Numbered from the stretch's first letter, positions 38,406 to 49,390 are shown. The stretch is 64,000 bases of DNA from Candidatus Latescibacterota bacterium (GCA_965208835.1 OZ242358.1:672001-736000); one strand, 5' to 3'. Notes: a model not told the origin generated them from the letters alone. Translations and numbers: made by a program.

Positions 38406-38831
38406 TCCCCGTTCAACACGCTAATCTTGGTCTTAAGTCAGCTAGAATCACTGTTCGTCGAGTACTGTTCCTTCGGCCTCAGACCCTGTTCGATCTGTTT
38501 TCGGCGGCCAGTTACCAACGCCGTGCCGACCCGGCCCGTGAGGAGAATCGACACCTCCTGGTGGGGTGGGAACATAGGATCCAGGCAATAGACGTTGCGT
38601 TGAATCTGTGCTATACTGTCACGGTGGGTGGAACTGTGATCAGGATACCGATTGACATCATAAGGGATTTTAATCATGGTTGGATCAGGGTAGAAAATAG
38701 CAGGTCGGTCGCGCAAGTTTTCAATCTGTATGGGCATCAGAACACTGGCGGCACAAACAACGCAACGAGCCGCCTGAATGCATCGTCAGGTCAAAATTTC
38801 GGGATAAATGCATGATGACAGGAGCGTATGA

Positions 38832-39611
38832 ATGAAATCGACTCTACGGCAGGAATATGATGAAAAGGGTTTCTGCATCGCGCACGGGGCTGTCGACGCA
38901 GGTCTTGCGGCCGAGACGGTTGAGCATGTGCAGTGGCTCGTCAAGAGGCATCCCGACACGCGGCCCGAGAAATTGCACCACAGCCTCCTTGTGGACGATC
39001 CCTTTATGCACCGCGTGGTCTGCGACGACCGGCTGCTGGATATCGCGGCACAGTTCATCGGACCCAACCTGGCGATGTTCGGCGCGCACTATATCGCCAA
39101 GAAGCCCGAGACCGGACAGGCCGTACGTTGGCACCAGGACGGATCCTACTGGCCGCTGGAGCCAATGGAGGTGACGACGCTGTGGGTCGCCGGCACGGAC
39201 TCCACCGTGGAAAACGGGTGCATGCGGGTACTGCCGGGGTCACACACCCGGCGTTTGCTCAAACGCTCGGAGATGGTCGAGCTGGATACCGATAAGTACG
39301 TACTCGGCATCGGGATGCGCCCCGATCAGATCGATGAAGCCGACGCCGTGGACGTGGAACTCAAGGCGGGAGATATTTCCATCCACCACCCCAATATCAT
39401 CCACGGCTCCAACTACAATACGTCGGACCACTGGCGCGTGGGACTCACCCTTCGCTACATTCCCACCAGCACCCGCGTGACACGGAAAACACAGCGGTCC
39501 ATCCTGTGCTGCGGGGAGGTGGTCCCCGAGGTCGGAAACCACTATGTGCCGCGGCCGAAATACGTCGTAGGAAAACACATGCAATTCGCCGGATGCGAGG
39601 CCTGGGCGTAG
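38832..39611 (+). CDS. PhyH family Fe(II)/2OG oxygenase
   Basis: AGGAG RBS, VRWHQDGSYWPL, ENGCMRVLPGSH, HHPNIIHGS..N....R.GLTLRY. Confidence 0.92.
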   Translation: MKSTLRQEYDEKGFCIAHGAVDAGLAAETVEHVQWLVKRHPDTRPEKLHHSLLVDDPFMHRVVCDDRLLDIAAQFIGPNLAMFGAHYIAKKPETGQAVRWHQDGSYWPLEPMEVTTLWVAGTDSTVENGCMRVLPGSHTRRLLKRSEMVELDTDKYVLGIGMRPDQIDEADAVDVELKAGDISIHHPNIIHGSNYNTSDHWRVGLTLRYIPTSTRVTRKTQRSILCCGEVVPEVGNHYVPRPKYVVGKHMQFAGCEAWA

Positions 39612-39730
39612 TCCGCCGTTCCCGGGATCGACGACATCGTTGCCCTTGATGGGTAGGCGGGGGTAGCCAGACGCTGGAATTCGTTAACCATCTGTTTGAC
39701 GAGTCGTAGCCAAGAAGAGGAGGAAACGTC

Positions 39731-39961
39731 ATGGCTGGTCAAGGTTCGGGCGGCAACGTCCTTGCAGCTTTGTGCAGTCTGGTAATTCCAGGCCTGGGTC
39801 AGTTGCTTCAGGGACGATTCCTGATAGCGCTCATCCAGTTTTGCCTGGCCGCCGTACTGTGGGTCTTCCTGTTAGGGTGGTTGATTCACCTTTGGTCGAT
39901 TCTGGACGCGGCCCGGTGGAAGCCGTCAGAAAGTCCACCTCCTGCGAGCGGCACGGGTTGA
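39731..39961 (+). CDS. Small membrane protein (TM2-like)
   Basis: GAGGAGG RBS. LAALCSLVIPGLGQLLQGR followed by a hydrophobic helix and HLWSILDAA. Confidence 0.75.
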   Translation: MAGQGSGGNVLAALCSLVIPGLGQLLQGRFLIALIQFCLAAVLWVFLLGWLIHLWSILDAARWKPSESPPPASGTG

Positions 39962-40198
39962 ATGCCCGCGGTTCGCCGGGCGGCCTGTGATCGTGGCGCT
40001 GGTCGATGTGGTCGCCAACAGCAACCAAAGATTGTAGCGTTCGCGAAAAAGGCCAGGGACGATGCGGGCGGGGGGCCCGTGGGTGGGGGGTACTGCGGGG
40101 TGCCCCTTGTTTCGTTTAGGAGTGTTGACGTCGTCGTACGACCTGGAAGAACTGGCGTTGGATGCCCTGTATCAGAGAATTGAGAGGTCACCTTCTAC

Positions 40199-40220
40199 TC
40201 GAGGGCAGGGATGCCCTCGA
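40199..40220. repeat. Perfect 9-bp stem-loop (REP-like)
   Basis: TCGAGGGCA-GGGA-TGCCCTCGA. Confidence 0.55.
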
Positions 40221-40334
40221 ACCGCACAGTCGTAGATCACGTCGTGATGGAGGGCGGGATGGGGGCGGTCGGGGTACGCGAAGGGCCGTCTCTTATTAAT
40301 ATTCGGTTTTCGAATCAAACAGAAGGGGTGAACC

Positions 40335-43300
40335 ATGGCATTCTCACCTGCGATTCATGAAACGGATCTTGGGCTGGGGGTCTGTATTTCGGCGCCTGCG
40401 GGGGATTCCTACCAGAATGCGGCCGGCAGTCTGAAGGCGGTCCTCGAGGATACCATTTCGGGGCGCGTGGACGTGCTGCCGGACGATAAACTGGATGCAG
40501 ACGGCCGGCACGTGATCGCGCTGGGGAACATGATGGACAGCGCGTTCCTGCGAACCCTCTACTTCCGGGCTTACGACCTGACCGACCGCGTGTGGCCGGG
40601 TCCCGGCGGGCGGGTGGTGCGCACAATGCCCCATTCGTTGGCAGAAGTGGGGCACGTTGTGGTGGCGGGCGCGAGCAGCGCGGAGGACATTGGCGATGCG
40701 GCCGGGGCGCTGGGTCGTTCGATAGCGGAAGGTGGACCGATACTGCCGTTCCAATATCAGGTAGATCCGGGCACATGGTCCGATCTGTACGTGGAGCCGG
40801 CGAATGAGTTGCTGGCCAAGAGCAACCGGGACATCGAGCAGGAATCCATCGGCGGAGGATCGGGTGACTGGACCTATATGATGGTTATCGCCGATATCGG
40901 GATGCTCGCGGTGCAGACGGGAAACGACAGGTTGATGTCGATGTTCTGCCATCAGATCCGCCACTTCGCCCGCACGCGCTGGTTCGAGCGGACGCTGGAG
41001 GACCCCACGTTGATCCACGGGTTCATCCGCGTGCTTCTGCTGCCGTTCACGATTCTTGAAAACCATCCCTCGCTTCCCGCCGAACAGCGGGAGGAGACGC
41101 TCGAAACGCTGCTGGGACTCTTCAGGTCCGCGGAGGGTGCAGGCAATGCCGGACTGTTGAGTTGCGTGGGCGTGGACCGGGTGCGCCAGAACCATCAGAC
41201 CCGTTCCGCGCTCGATCTGTTTTACGGAGGCCGGTATTTCCACCAGGTACACGGGCTCGCAGAGGGGTTGGCGTGGATGAAGCTGGCGGAGGTCTTCTTT
41301 GCGCCGCAGATGGGATCGAACAAGCCGGTGTGCGACTCGTGGGGCCATCAATGGGGGGCCTCTCTGTTCAACACGGCTGACTACGCGCTGGCGGCAGGGA
41401 AGATGGAATACTTTTCGAGCCCGCCCTACCTGGAGGGCGTGGACCGTGCGCTCATGGCACACAGCAACCTGGAACGAGGACCCGAACAATACTGCCGTAT
41501 GGCCGCGGCGGTAACGGGCAATGACGAATACCTGCAGCTTTGTGAATCCATTGACGAAGGCGCGGCGGCGGAACGGACCATTCGAGGCGCCGAGGAGCCC
41601 CTGCGGACCTGGGTGACCGGGCGACGGGCGGCGGTGCCGGAACGGTTGGGCCGGGTCGGCGTGGCCCCCCTGTCGCGATTGTTCTACGATTCTCTCGAAG
41701 AATACACCACGTTTGCGCCGGTGAACGGCATCTATCTGAGGAATCTGCCCTACGAACAGACGTTCGACAAGGTGTTCTTCCGTTCCGGATGGACGGACCA
41801 GGACGACTATCTTCTGCTGGACGGGATCTCGGGGGGCTCGCACTCCTATCAGGACGGCAACTGCATCGTGCGTTACACCAGCCGCGGCGCCTCCTGGTTC
41901 AGGTTTGCCGGAGGCCACCAGCCAGCGACGGTCCGGGACTACACGGGCGTGAGCGTATCCGTAGACGGCGCCGGCCCGGGGTGCGAGTCCAGGTACGCGG
42001 CCCTGCGGTACCTGCACGAAGGGCAGAACCTTGCCGCGGCAGGCACGTCGATGACCTATCCTGAGCAGGGCGACTGGTACCGGCATATCGTGTACAGCCG
42101 TGACGGGTGGTTTCTGGTGATCGACGAGGTGTGGCCCGTGGTGGCGGGAGAGTTTCTCGTGGAGTGTCGGTGGCACGTTCTGGGCGACGCGACCCTGACA
42201 GACGGCCGGTTGCAGTCGGTTCAGGGCGACGCGCAACTGAACATGCGCCACGCGGGGAGCGGGCGCCAGGAACTGGCGGCATCGGACTACTGGTGCGCGG
42301 AAGACCATTCGCGGTGGGTCCAGCGTTCCCTGGCGGCGCTCCGGCCTGGAACGGGGACCCGGATGGCGACGCTGTTCTGGACCGACCCGCTGGGTGATGG
42401 CAGGCATTTCAGTCTGGTCGAGGAGAAGAACGGTTATCTCGTCGAAGGGGGCCGCGAGCCCGTCACGGTTGCACTTACGGAGACCGCTGAAACCCCGGAG
42501 GTTTCTGCATCCGTCGCAACGCTGCCCACGGCCGGTCGGGTTGCGGATGGGTCGGATTCCGCGCCATTTCAGATTGCCGGCGGCAAAGCGAAGCCCGTCT
42601 GGCGAACCCGGTGTGCGGATGCCGTGACGGCGCTGGATATCGGAACGGACAAATGGTTCGGCGGCGACGGCGGCGGGCTGACAGCGTTTAATTCTAACGG
42701 CGATCAACTGTGGAAACGCGAGATCGACGGCGGCGTCTGCGCCATTGCGGCCATGGACGATGGCGGCGCTGCCGCGGGCGGCGGCGGGGAAACCGTACAC
42801 CGGCTGGATGCATCGGGAGAAACCCTCTGGTCCTATCGGATCGAATGGCAGCCGATGAACTGGGACAGCTGGTCCAGGAAGAACTGCGTGGTTTTGAGCC
42901 TCGCGTCGGGCGACATCGACGGCGACGGACGGGAGGAGATTCTGGCGGGGTGCGCCGACCGTCACGTATACGCATTCGACCACGGGGGCAGCCTGCTCTG
43001 GCGTTCCCCCTGCCAGTGGGGACCGCCGGTGTGTCTGGATACCGCGCGGCTGACAGATGGGCCGGAGCGGGAGACGCTCGCCGGCCTGGCGGACCCGGCC
43101 ATTCACGGGCACACGCTGGTTTTCGGGAAGGACGGGACGCTCTGGAAGCCCCTTAGGAGGCCGGACATCGTCAGCTGGTCGATTCCCTCCTGGTCGCGCT
43201 GCCTGCGCGTAGCGGACCTGAACGGGGACGGCCGGGACGAAGTGATCAGCGGGGTGGATACCAATCACCGTCAGTTGATCGTCTACGGGCGGGACGGCGA

Positions 43301-43649
43301 GGTGATCTGGGACGCGGACGCGGGCGGCGCCGTGCTCGCCGCGGAGGTCCGGGACGGACGCCTGTATGCCGGGGCGTCCAACGGTTTCGTGCAGTGCTTC
43401 GACGCCGCCGGCAGCCGCCTGTGGCGGCGGCTTCTCGTAGAGCCCGTGGCCGGCCTGGCGCCGGCTGGAGATGGAGGATGCCTGGCGGCACTGAGAGGCG
43501 GGCGCGTGGTGTACCTCGACGGCTCCGGAGAGATCCGGACGACTGACGCCGGGGAGTCTGAAGCGACGGTTACAGACTGGACATCCGGCTGGCCGGAAGG
43601 GGGACTGCTGGTGGGCCGAAAGGATGGCGCGCTCGAACTCTTCCGGTAG
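40335..43649 (+). CDS. Large lyase-like protein, paralogue 4
   Basis: 1104 aa. ALGNMMDS...LY..AYDLTD..WPGPGG, VRQNHQT, FDKVFFRSGW...DDYLLLDGISGGSHSYQDGN, DIDGDGREE/DLNGDGRDE. Confidence 0.75.
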   Translation: MAFSPAIHETDLGLGVCISAPAGDSYQNAAGSLKAVLEDTISGRVDVLPDDKLDADGRHVIALGNMMDSAFLRTLYFRAYDLTDRVWPGPGGRVVRTMPHSLAEVGHVVVAGASSAEDIGDAAGALGRSIAEGGPILPFQYQVDPGTWSDLYVEPANELLAKSNRDIEQESIGGGSGDWTYMMVIADIGMLAVQTGNDRLMSMFCHQIRHFARTRWFERTLEDPTLIHGFIRVLLLPFTILENHPSLPAEQREETLETLLGLFRSAEGAGNAGLLSCVGVDRVRQNHQTRSALDLFYGGRYFHQVHGLAEGLAWMKLAEVFFAPQMGSNKPVCDSWGHQWGASLFNTADYALAAGKMEYFSSPPYLEGVDRALMAHSNLERGPEQYCRMAAAVTGNDEYLQLCESIDEGAAAERTIRGAEEPLRTWVTGRRAAVPERLGRVGVAPLSRLFYDSLEEYTTFAPVNGIYLRNLPYEQTFDKVFFRSGWTDQDDYLLLDGISGGSHSYQDGNCIVRYTSRGASWFRFAGGHQPATVRDYTGVSVSVDGAGPGCESRYAALRYLHEGQNLAAAGTSMTYPEQGDWYRHIVYSRDGWFLVIDEVWPVVAGEFLVECRWHVLGDATLTDGRLQSVQGDAQLNMRHAGSGRQELAASDYWCAEDHSRWVQRSLAALRPGTGTRMATLFWTDPLGDGRHFSLVEEKNGYLVEGGREPVTVALTETAETPEVSASVATLPTAGRVADGSDSAPFQIAGGKAKPVWRTRCADAVTALDIGTDKWFGGDGGGLTAFNSNGDQLWKREIDGGVCAIAAMDDGGAAAGGGGETVHRLDASGETLWSYRIEWQPMNWDSWSRKNCVVLSLASGDIDGDGREEILAGCADRHVYAFDHGGSLLWRSPCQWGPPVCLDTARLTDGPERETLAGLADPAIHGHTLVFGKDGTLWKPLRRPDIVSWSIPSWSRCLRVADLNGDGRDEVISGVDTNHRQLIVYGRDGEVIWDADAGGAVLAAEVRDGRLYAGASNGFVQCFDAAGSRLWRRLLVEPVAGLAPAGDGGCLAALRGGRVVYLDGSGEIRTTDAGESEATVTDWTSGWPEGGLLVGRKDGALELFR

Positions 43650-43856
43650 ACTCAATTCCAGAAAAAGCAACGCCGCGCCGCCGGGAATCCATCCGAAACG
43701 GGTCGAAATGGTCGTCCGGAAGGATGTATCTTCCGTTCACGTCAAGTCACCTGAAGTTTCCTGGCAATCCGACGTCAAATCGCCTCTATCCGCTTGCCTG
43801 TATTCGACTTTGCGTCCCGGAAGAAGTGACGAATCAATGCTGTCAGACTCGACCTC

Positions 43857-45833
43857 CTATTGCTGGTCCAACACAATCACACCGCAACCGATACGCGCGC
43901 CGGCATTGCCCGAGGGTTGTGAGACGAAATCATCCGCGCCCGCATGGACGACGATCGCCTTGCCGATGACATCAATCGTTGAGCCGGTATCGATCTCCCA
44001 GAGATTCGTCGTTAATTCGATTCCGCCTGCGCCCTGGTCATTGACACTCGCATTGCCAATGTCGCCGAGGTGGAATTCACCTTCGCCCCATTTGCCGTGC
44101 GCAACGCCCGTGGGATTCCAATGCCCCCCGGCCGATGTCCCGTCCTGCGCACTGCAATCGCCCTTTGCGTGGATATGGACGGCGTGTTCGCCCGGGGACG
44201 CATTCGCCAGCGAAACCACCAGTTGGATGTTTTCGCCAAATTGTGTGAAAGTCGCTTTTCCGGACAATCCGCTGTCATTCGTCTCGCCGATTATCGCGGT
44301 CGCAACCGCGGCAGGCGTTGGATCGAAAACCACAAGTGCGCCGTTCTTGACAGTCAATACCGTCGGGTTGTAGACCCCGTCGCCAACGTTATCGAAAGAA
44401 AACGGACCCAAAACCGTGTCGAAATTCCGAATATTGCGCAACGCATCCCGAATATCTTCGGATTCCGGAGTCTCAGATCCCGATGCAGAGCGGGCATCTG
44501 AAATTGCTTGCGTCAAGATATAAACACTGGCGTAGGATTGTGCGGCAATCACATTGGGTTCAACCCCGTATCTTGACGTATAATTCTCGACGAAGGCGCG
44601 ATTACCAGGTGTATCGGCCATGCTGCTCCAGGCCGTAAACGCAATAACACCCTCGGCAGCGACGCCTGCACGCTTTATGCCGTCTGACGTCAGCACCGAA
44701 GACGTGATAAAGGGAACCTCGGCAGGAATACCGACTTGCCGTCCCTGAATCAGAATATCAGCCATGTCTACAGCTTGAGAAGAAATAAAGACGGCATCCG
44801 GATTCAACGCTCTTATCCGAGTCAGTTGCGCGGAAACATCGGCATCGGCGGTCTGGAAAGTCTCTGTCGTCACAATGTCAACGCCGCCTTCCGTGAGCGC
44901 GTTCCGAATGACCTCGTCGCTGCTTCGGGAAAAAACATCCGCGTCATCGAATATCGTCGCCACCTGCTTGTAGCCGAGCGCCTCCCGCGTCTTCTCGATG
45001 CCGCCGGGCACGTACCGATCTACGGTGAGACTCGCGCGAAAGAGAAAGTCCCCCATCTCACTGATACCTCGTGCGGCAGAAGTCGGACCGAGTGCCACAA
45101 CACGGTTTTCTTGCGCGATGGGAAAGGCCGCCACGGCCTGACTTGAAGTACGAGGACCGAGAATGGCGAGGACGCCATCTCGATGAATCAGCTTCTTAAA
45201 AGCCTCAACGGCACCATCTATCGTGCTGCGGCTATCTTCAATGATGAACTCGAATCTCGGCTCACCGTGCGCGTTATTGATCTCTTCAAGAGCCATTTCA
45301 GACGCGTTTCTCATTGGCGGACGGGGCGAACTGAACACACCGCTCAGATGCGGAACAAGACCGATGGCAATCACACCTATCCTGGATGATCGCGCCACCC
45401 GCGCCTTTCCGCCAACGGGCAACGCGACCAATGTCCTGTAACCATCATTGACCGGGATGCTGGACCAGTGGCCCGTCACGGCGCCATCCTGAGACGCGCG
45501 CGCTTGAAAATAACCCGTCGCCGGACTGGATATCTCCACTGTAACGCGCCCCTTGGCATCGGTCGTTCCCGACCACCGATAATCCGGCTTCCGCCCGGCA
45601 ATGGAACGCGCAAATTCGACCATCACATGTGCCGCGGGCGCGCCATCTCGCGACACAGACGCCTCCACCAGTGCCCCAGATGCACGACCATCGCCCGCTG
45701 CCGCCACCTTGCTCAGCGCGCGGCCAATCCGGTCATCCGACCCGGAAGACTCCAAAACGCGTTCGCGGCCGCAACTCCATGCAAGACCTGCGGCAAGAGC
45801 GACCATCATGACACTGCGAATCCTGTGCGACAT
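43857..45833 (-). CDS. Lipoprotein: LivJ-type ABC substrate-binding domain fused to a C-terminal Cu/Zn superoxide dismutase
   Basis: Lipobox LAWS|C. SBP motifs ALEEIN, EDS.ST, ILGP..S, Q.YAS.YIL..AI, LGPFSFD..GD. SOD motifs HAVHIH..GDC, AGGHWNP, HG...EFHLGD.GN, IVVH...DD, GNAGARIGCGVI. Confidence 0.85.
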   Translation of the reverse strand: MSHRIRSVMMVALAAGLAWSCGRERVLESSGSDDRIGRALSKVAAAGDGRASGALVEASVSRDGAPAAHVMVEFARSIAGRKPDYRWSGTTDAKGRVTVEISSPATGYFQARASQDGAVTGHWSSIPVNDGYRTLVALPVGGKARVARSSRIGVIAIGLVPHLSGVFSSPRPPMRNASEMALEEINNAHGEPRFEFIIEDSRSTIDGAVEAFKKLIHRDGVLAILGPRTSSQAVAAFPIAQENRVVALGPTSAARGISEMGDFLFRASLTVDRYVPGGIEKTREALGYKQVATIFDDADVFSRSSDEVIRNALTEGGVDIVTTETFQTADADVSAQLTRIRALNPDAVFISSQAVDMADILIQGRQVGIPAEVPFITSSVLTSDGIKRAGVAAEGVIAFTAWSSMADTPGNRAFVENYTSRYGVEPNVIAAQSYASVYILTQAISDARSASGSETPESEDIRDALRNIRNFDTVLGPFSFDNVGDGVYNPTVLTVKNGALVVFDPTPAAVATAIIGETNDSGLSGKATFTQFGENIQLVVSLANASPGEHAVHIHAKGDCSAQDGTSAGGHWNPTGVAHGKWGEGEFHLGDIGNASVNDQGAGGIELTTNLWEIDTGSTIDVIGKAIVVHAGADDFVSQPSGNAGARIGCGVIVLDQQ

Positions 45834-46084
45834 AACGACTCCTTATCTATGGACCTGAAGAACGGTTTGAGGTGGTTTCTATGCCCGGGTCATTGTATTT
45901 TGATTGCACAAAATCACCGTAACGCGATGAAATAGACGGATACACCCGTGAAAGTACAAGATAACGGTCACAGGGCTGCGATCGCAAGTCTTTCAGGCAA
46001 TCGGGAAGAAACCGCGTTCGACTCAGGCGCGCCGATCACGACGACACGTTTGCATCCGCGGCCGCGCGCAGAAAGGATTGCGAT

Positions 46085-49000
46085 ATGATCTTCCGCAAAC
46101 CTGTTCACGCGACGGATCTCACTGCCGGCGTCTGTATTTCGTCGCCCGGTGACGAGCCGTATCAGGCCGCTGCGAAGCGCCTTCAGGCGGCCCTGCACGG
46201 TGTGCTTTCGGAAAGCGTTGAAATCCTGCCGGACGCGCGGCTCGATTCGGGCGGGCGTCACGTAATCGCGTTGGGGAACATGATGGACAGCGCGTTCCTG
46301 AAGACGCTGTATTTCCGGGCATTCGATCTGACGGACCGGGTCTGGCCGGGCCCCGGCGGGTGGGCGATCCGTACCGCGCCGCACTCCCTGGACGACGCGG
46401 GGCACGTGGTGGTCGTGGGCGTGAGCGGCGCGGAGGACGTTACCGGGGCGGCGGATGCCCTCGGCAACACCATCGCCGAGGCGGGTATCACGCTTCCGTT
46501 CCAGTACCGCGTGCAGCCGGGGAGGTGGTCGGATCTGTATCTGAGGCCGGCGCGGGAGCGGCTGGAGGCCGGCGACACCCACCTGGAGCGGGAATATACG
46601 AGCGGGGCGGGCGACTGGACCTATATGCGCGCGATCGGGGACATCGGGATGCTGGCGGTCCGGACCGGGCAGGAGGCGTTGATGGAGATGTTCTGCCGGC
46701 AGGTCTGCCAATTTGCGCGTACGCGGTGGTTTGAGCGCCATCTGCCGGACCCTCCGCAGATTCACGGGTTCCTGAGGACCATGCTGCTTCCGTTCACGAT
46801 TCTGGAAAACCATCCGTCCATCCCTGCAGAAATGCGAGAGGAAACCCTGGACGCCCTCCTGGCGCTGTACCGATCGGGGGAAGGGGCCGGGAACAACGGA
46901 TTTCTGAGCCACGTCGGAGTGAAAAGGGTTCGGCAGAACCACCAGACCCGGTCGGCGCTGGACCTCTTTTACGGGGGACGGTATTTCCACCAGGTGCATG
47001 GGTTGGCCGAAGGCAGGGCGTGGATGAAGCTTGCGGAGGTCTTTTTTGCGCCGCAGATGACGTCCAACAAGCCCGTGTGCGACTCGTGGGGCCATCAGTG
47101 GGCCGCTTCATTGTTCAATACCGCGGATTTTGCGCTGGCGTCGGGGCGGTTGGATTACGTTTCGAGCAAGCCGTTCCTGGAGGGCGTGGACAGGGCGCTG
47201 ATTGCGCACAGCAACCTGGAACGAGGCCCGCAGCAGTACTTTCTGATGGCCGCGACGGCCACGGGGAACGATGAATACCTGCACCCCTGCGGCGTCTCGG
47301 ATGAGGATGCCCTGGCCGAACGAACCATAAAGGGACCGGAGGAACCGCTTCGGGCGTGGGTGACGGGGCGCCGGGCGCTGTCGCCGGAGAGGCTGGGACG
47401 GGTGGGTGTGGCGCCGCTCTCGCGGCTGTTCTATGATTCGCTCGAGGGTTCCAGCGGGTTTGCGCCCGAGGGCGTGTATCTGCGCGACGTGCCGTTCGAG
47501 CAGGCATTCGATAAGGTATTCTTCCGGTCCGGCTGGTCGGATGACGACGACTATCTGCTGTTGGATGGCATCTCGGGCGGGTCTCATTCGTATCAGGACG
47601 GCAACTGTATTGTGCGGTATACGGCGCGGGGACGGAACTGGTTCGGAGATCGCGTGGGTCCGGCCTCGGTGCGTGACCACAACGGAGTGAACATCGCAGT
47701 GGACGGGGCGGGCCCCGGACGCGAGTCCCGATACGCCGCCTTGAAATACGTGGAGGAGGGTGAAGCGTTTTCGGTGGCGGGCACTTCGATGCGATATCCC
47801 GGTCAGGGCGACTGGTATCGCCATATCGTATACGGCAGAGCGGGGTGGTTTCTCGTGGTGGACGAAATTTGGGCGCAGGCGGCGGGAGAGTTCCTGGTTG
47901 AGGGCCGCTGGCACGTGCTTGGAGTGGCAACGCTGTCGGATGGGTTCCTGCGCTCGGTCCAGGGGAATGCGATACTGAATATGCGGCACGCTGGAAGCGC
48001 TTCGCAGGATCTGGTGCGGGTGACTTCGGCCCTGGAAAAGGGCGGTATGCGATGGATCCAGCGCTCGTTGAGGACGCTTCAGCCGGGCGAAGGCGTGAGG
48101 TACGCGACCCTTTTCTGGAGTGACGATCAGGAGCAGGCCCGGTCGTACACGCTGGAACCGGAGGGGTCGGGCTATCGCATCGAGGGGCAGGGCAGGACGG
48201 AGACGGTTTCGTTCGCGGCGGAAAGCGAGGGCCCGAACCTGGAAGCCGATGCAGCCGTACTCCCAACGGCAGGCAGCATCGTCGAAACAACGGATCCGCG
48301 GCCGTTTGGCATCGCAAAGGGCGACGCGACGCCGGTGTGGCGCGGCGCATGCGGCGGAGCGGTGGCGTCGGTCGATGCGTGGGAGGGGGGCTGCTTCGCA
48401 GGCGACGACAGAGGAGGCATCACAGCGTTCGACCTGAACGGCGGTATACGATGGACCCATTCGATATCGGGAGGCGTCCGGACGGTGCTGGCCCTTGCCG
48501 ACGGCGGGGTCGTGGCCGGCGGGGAGGCGGAAGCCGTACACCGGCTGGACGGATCGGGCCGTGAGGTATGGTCCTGTCAACTCGAGTGGCAGCCGATGAA
48601 CTGGGACTACTGGACGTGGCTGAACTGCAAGGTGCTGAGCCTGGCGGCCGGCGATATTGACGGCGACGGGAAAGACGAGATTCTGGCCGGATGCGCGGAC
48701 CGCCACGTCTACGCGTTTAACGAGGATGGCTCGCTGCTGTGGCGCTCCGCCTGCCAGTGGGGTCCGCCCACGTGCTTGGCGGTGGCGCGGCTGCGGCAAG
48801 GGGACCGACGTCAGGTGCTGGCGGGGATGGCGGACCCGTCGATTCACGGATGCGTCCGGGTATTCGAATCAGACGGGGCGTGTGAGCAGACGCTGTCGCG
48901 GCCGGATATCATGAGCTGGTCGATTCCGTCGTGGTCGAAGTGCCTCGACGTGGCGGACGTAGACGGGGATGGATGGGAGGAAGTACTCAGTGGCGTGGAT

Positions 49001-49390
49001 ACCAACCACCGTCAGTTGATCGTGTATCGCAGGGATGGGAAGGTGTTGTGGGATGCGGACGTCGGTGGTGCTGTCGTGTCGGTCAACGCCAGTGAGGGTC
49101 GGGTGTACGCGGGGGCATCCAACGGATTTGCGCAGTGTTTCGCGGCGGACGGCACACGCCTGTGGAGCCGGTTTCTGGACGAACCGGTGGTCGGGCTGGC
49201 CCCGCGTGGAGATGGTGGGTCTCTGGCGGCCCTGGGAGGCGGAACGGTCGTCGGTCTGGACGGATCCGGAGCGGTCCGTACGACGCACACCGGGAATCCG
49301 GACGCAACGGCGGCTGACTGGGCATCCGCGTGGCCGGACGGCGGCCTGCTGGTGGGACGGAACGATGGCGCGCTGGAATGCTACCGGTAG
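46085..49390 (+). CDS. Large lyase-like protein, paralogue 5
   Basis: 1101 aa, AAAGGA RBS, colinear with paralogues 4 and 6 over its full length. Confidence 0.75.
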   Translation: MIFRKPVHATDLTAGVCISSPGDEPYQAAAKRLQAALHGVLSESVEILPDARLDSGGRHVIALGNMMDSAFLKTLYFRAFDLTDRVWPGPGGWAIRTAPHSLDDAGHVVVVGVSGAEDVTGAADALGNTIAEAGITLPFQYRVQPGRWSDLYLRPARERLEAGDTHLEREYTSGAGDWTYMRAIGDIGMLAVRTGQEALMEMFCRQVCQFARTRWFERHLPDPPQIHGFLRTMLLPFTILENHPSIPAEMREETLDALLALYRSGEGAGNNGFLSHVGVKRVRQNHQTRSALDLFYGGRYFHQVHGLAEGRAWMKLAEVFFAPQMTSNKPVCDSWGHQWAASLFNTADFALASGRLDYVSSKPFLEGVDRALIAHSNLERGPQQYFLMAATATGNDEYLHPCGVSDEDALAERTIKGPEEPLRAWVTGRRALSPERLGRVGVAPLSRLFYDSLEGSSGFAPEGVYLRDVPFEQAFDKVFFRSGWSDDDDYLLLDGISGGSHSYQDGNCIVRYTARGRNWFGDRVGPASVRDHNGVNIAVDGAGPGRESRYAALKYVEEGEAFSVAGTSMRYPGQGDWYRHIVYGRAGWFLVVDEIWAQAAGEFLVEGRWHVLGVATLSDGFLRSVQGNAILNMRHAGSASQDLVRVTSALEKGGMRWIQRSLRTLQPGEGVRYATLFWSDDQEQARSYTLEPEGSGYRIEGQGRTETVSFAAESEGPNLEADAAVLPTAGSIVETTDPRPFGIAKGDATPVWRGACGGAVASVDAWEGGCFAGDDRGGITAFDLNGGIRWTHSISGGVRTVLALADGGVVAGGEAEAVHRLDGSGREVWSCQLEWQPMNWDYWTWLNCKVLSLAAGDIDGDGKDEILAGCADRHVYAFNEDGSLLWRSACQWGPPTCLAVARLRQGDRRQVLAGMADPSIHGCVRVFESDGACEQTLSRPDIMSWSIPSWSKCLDVADVDGDGWEEVLSGVDTNHRQLIVYRRDGKVLWDADVGGAVVSVNASEGRVYAGASNGFAQCFAADGTRLWSRFLDEPVVGLAPRGDGGSLAALGGGTVVGLDGSGAVRTTHTGNPDATAADWASAWPDGGLLVGRNDGALECYR

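Noticed and set aside
38438-38815. Short ORFs between the rpsD promoter and the PhyH gene
   Set aside because: Overlapping opposite ORFs with no RBS or recognisable motif. May be a decayed fragment, but this cannot be supported.
40344-43670. 1108-aa antisense ORF mirroring paralogue 4
   Set aside because: Codon-register shadow of a high-GC gene. No motifs, and broken into pieces opposite paralogues 5 and 6.
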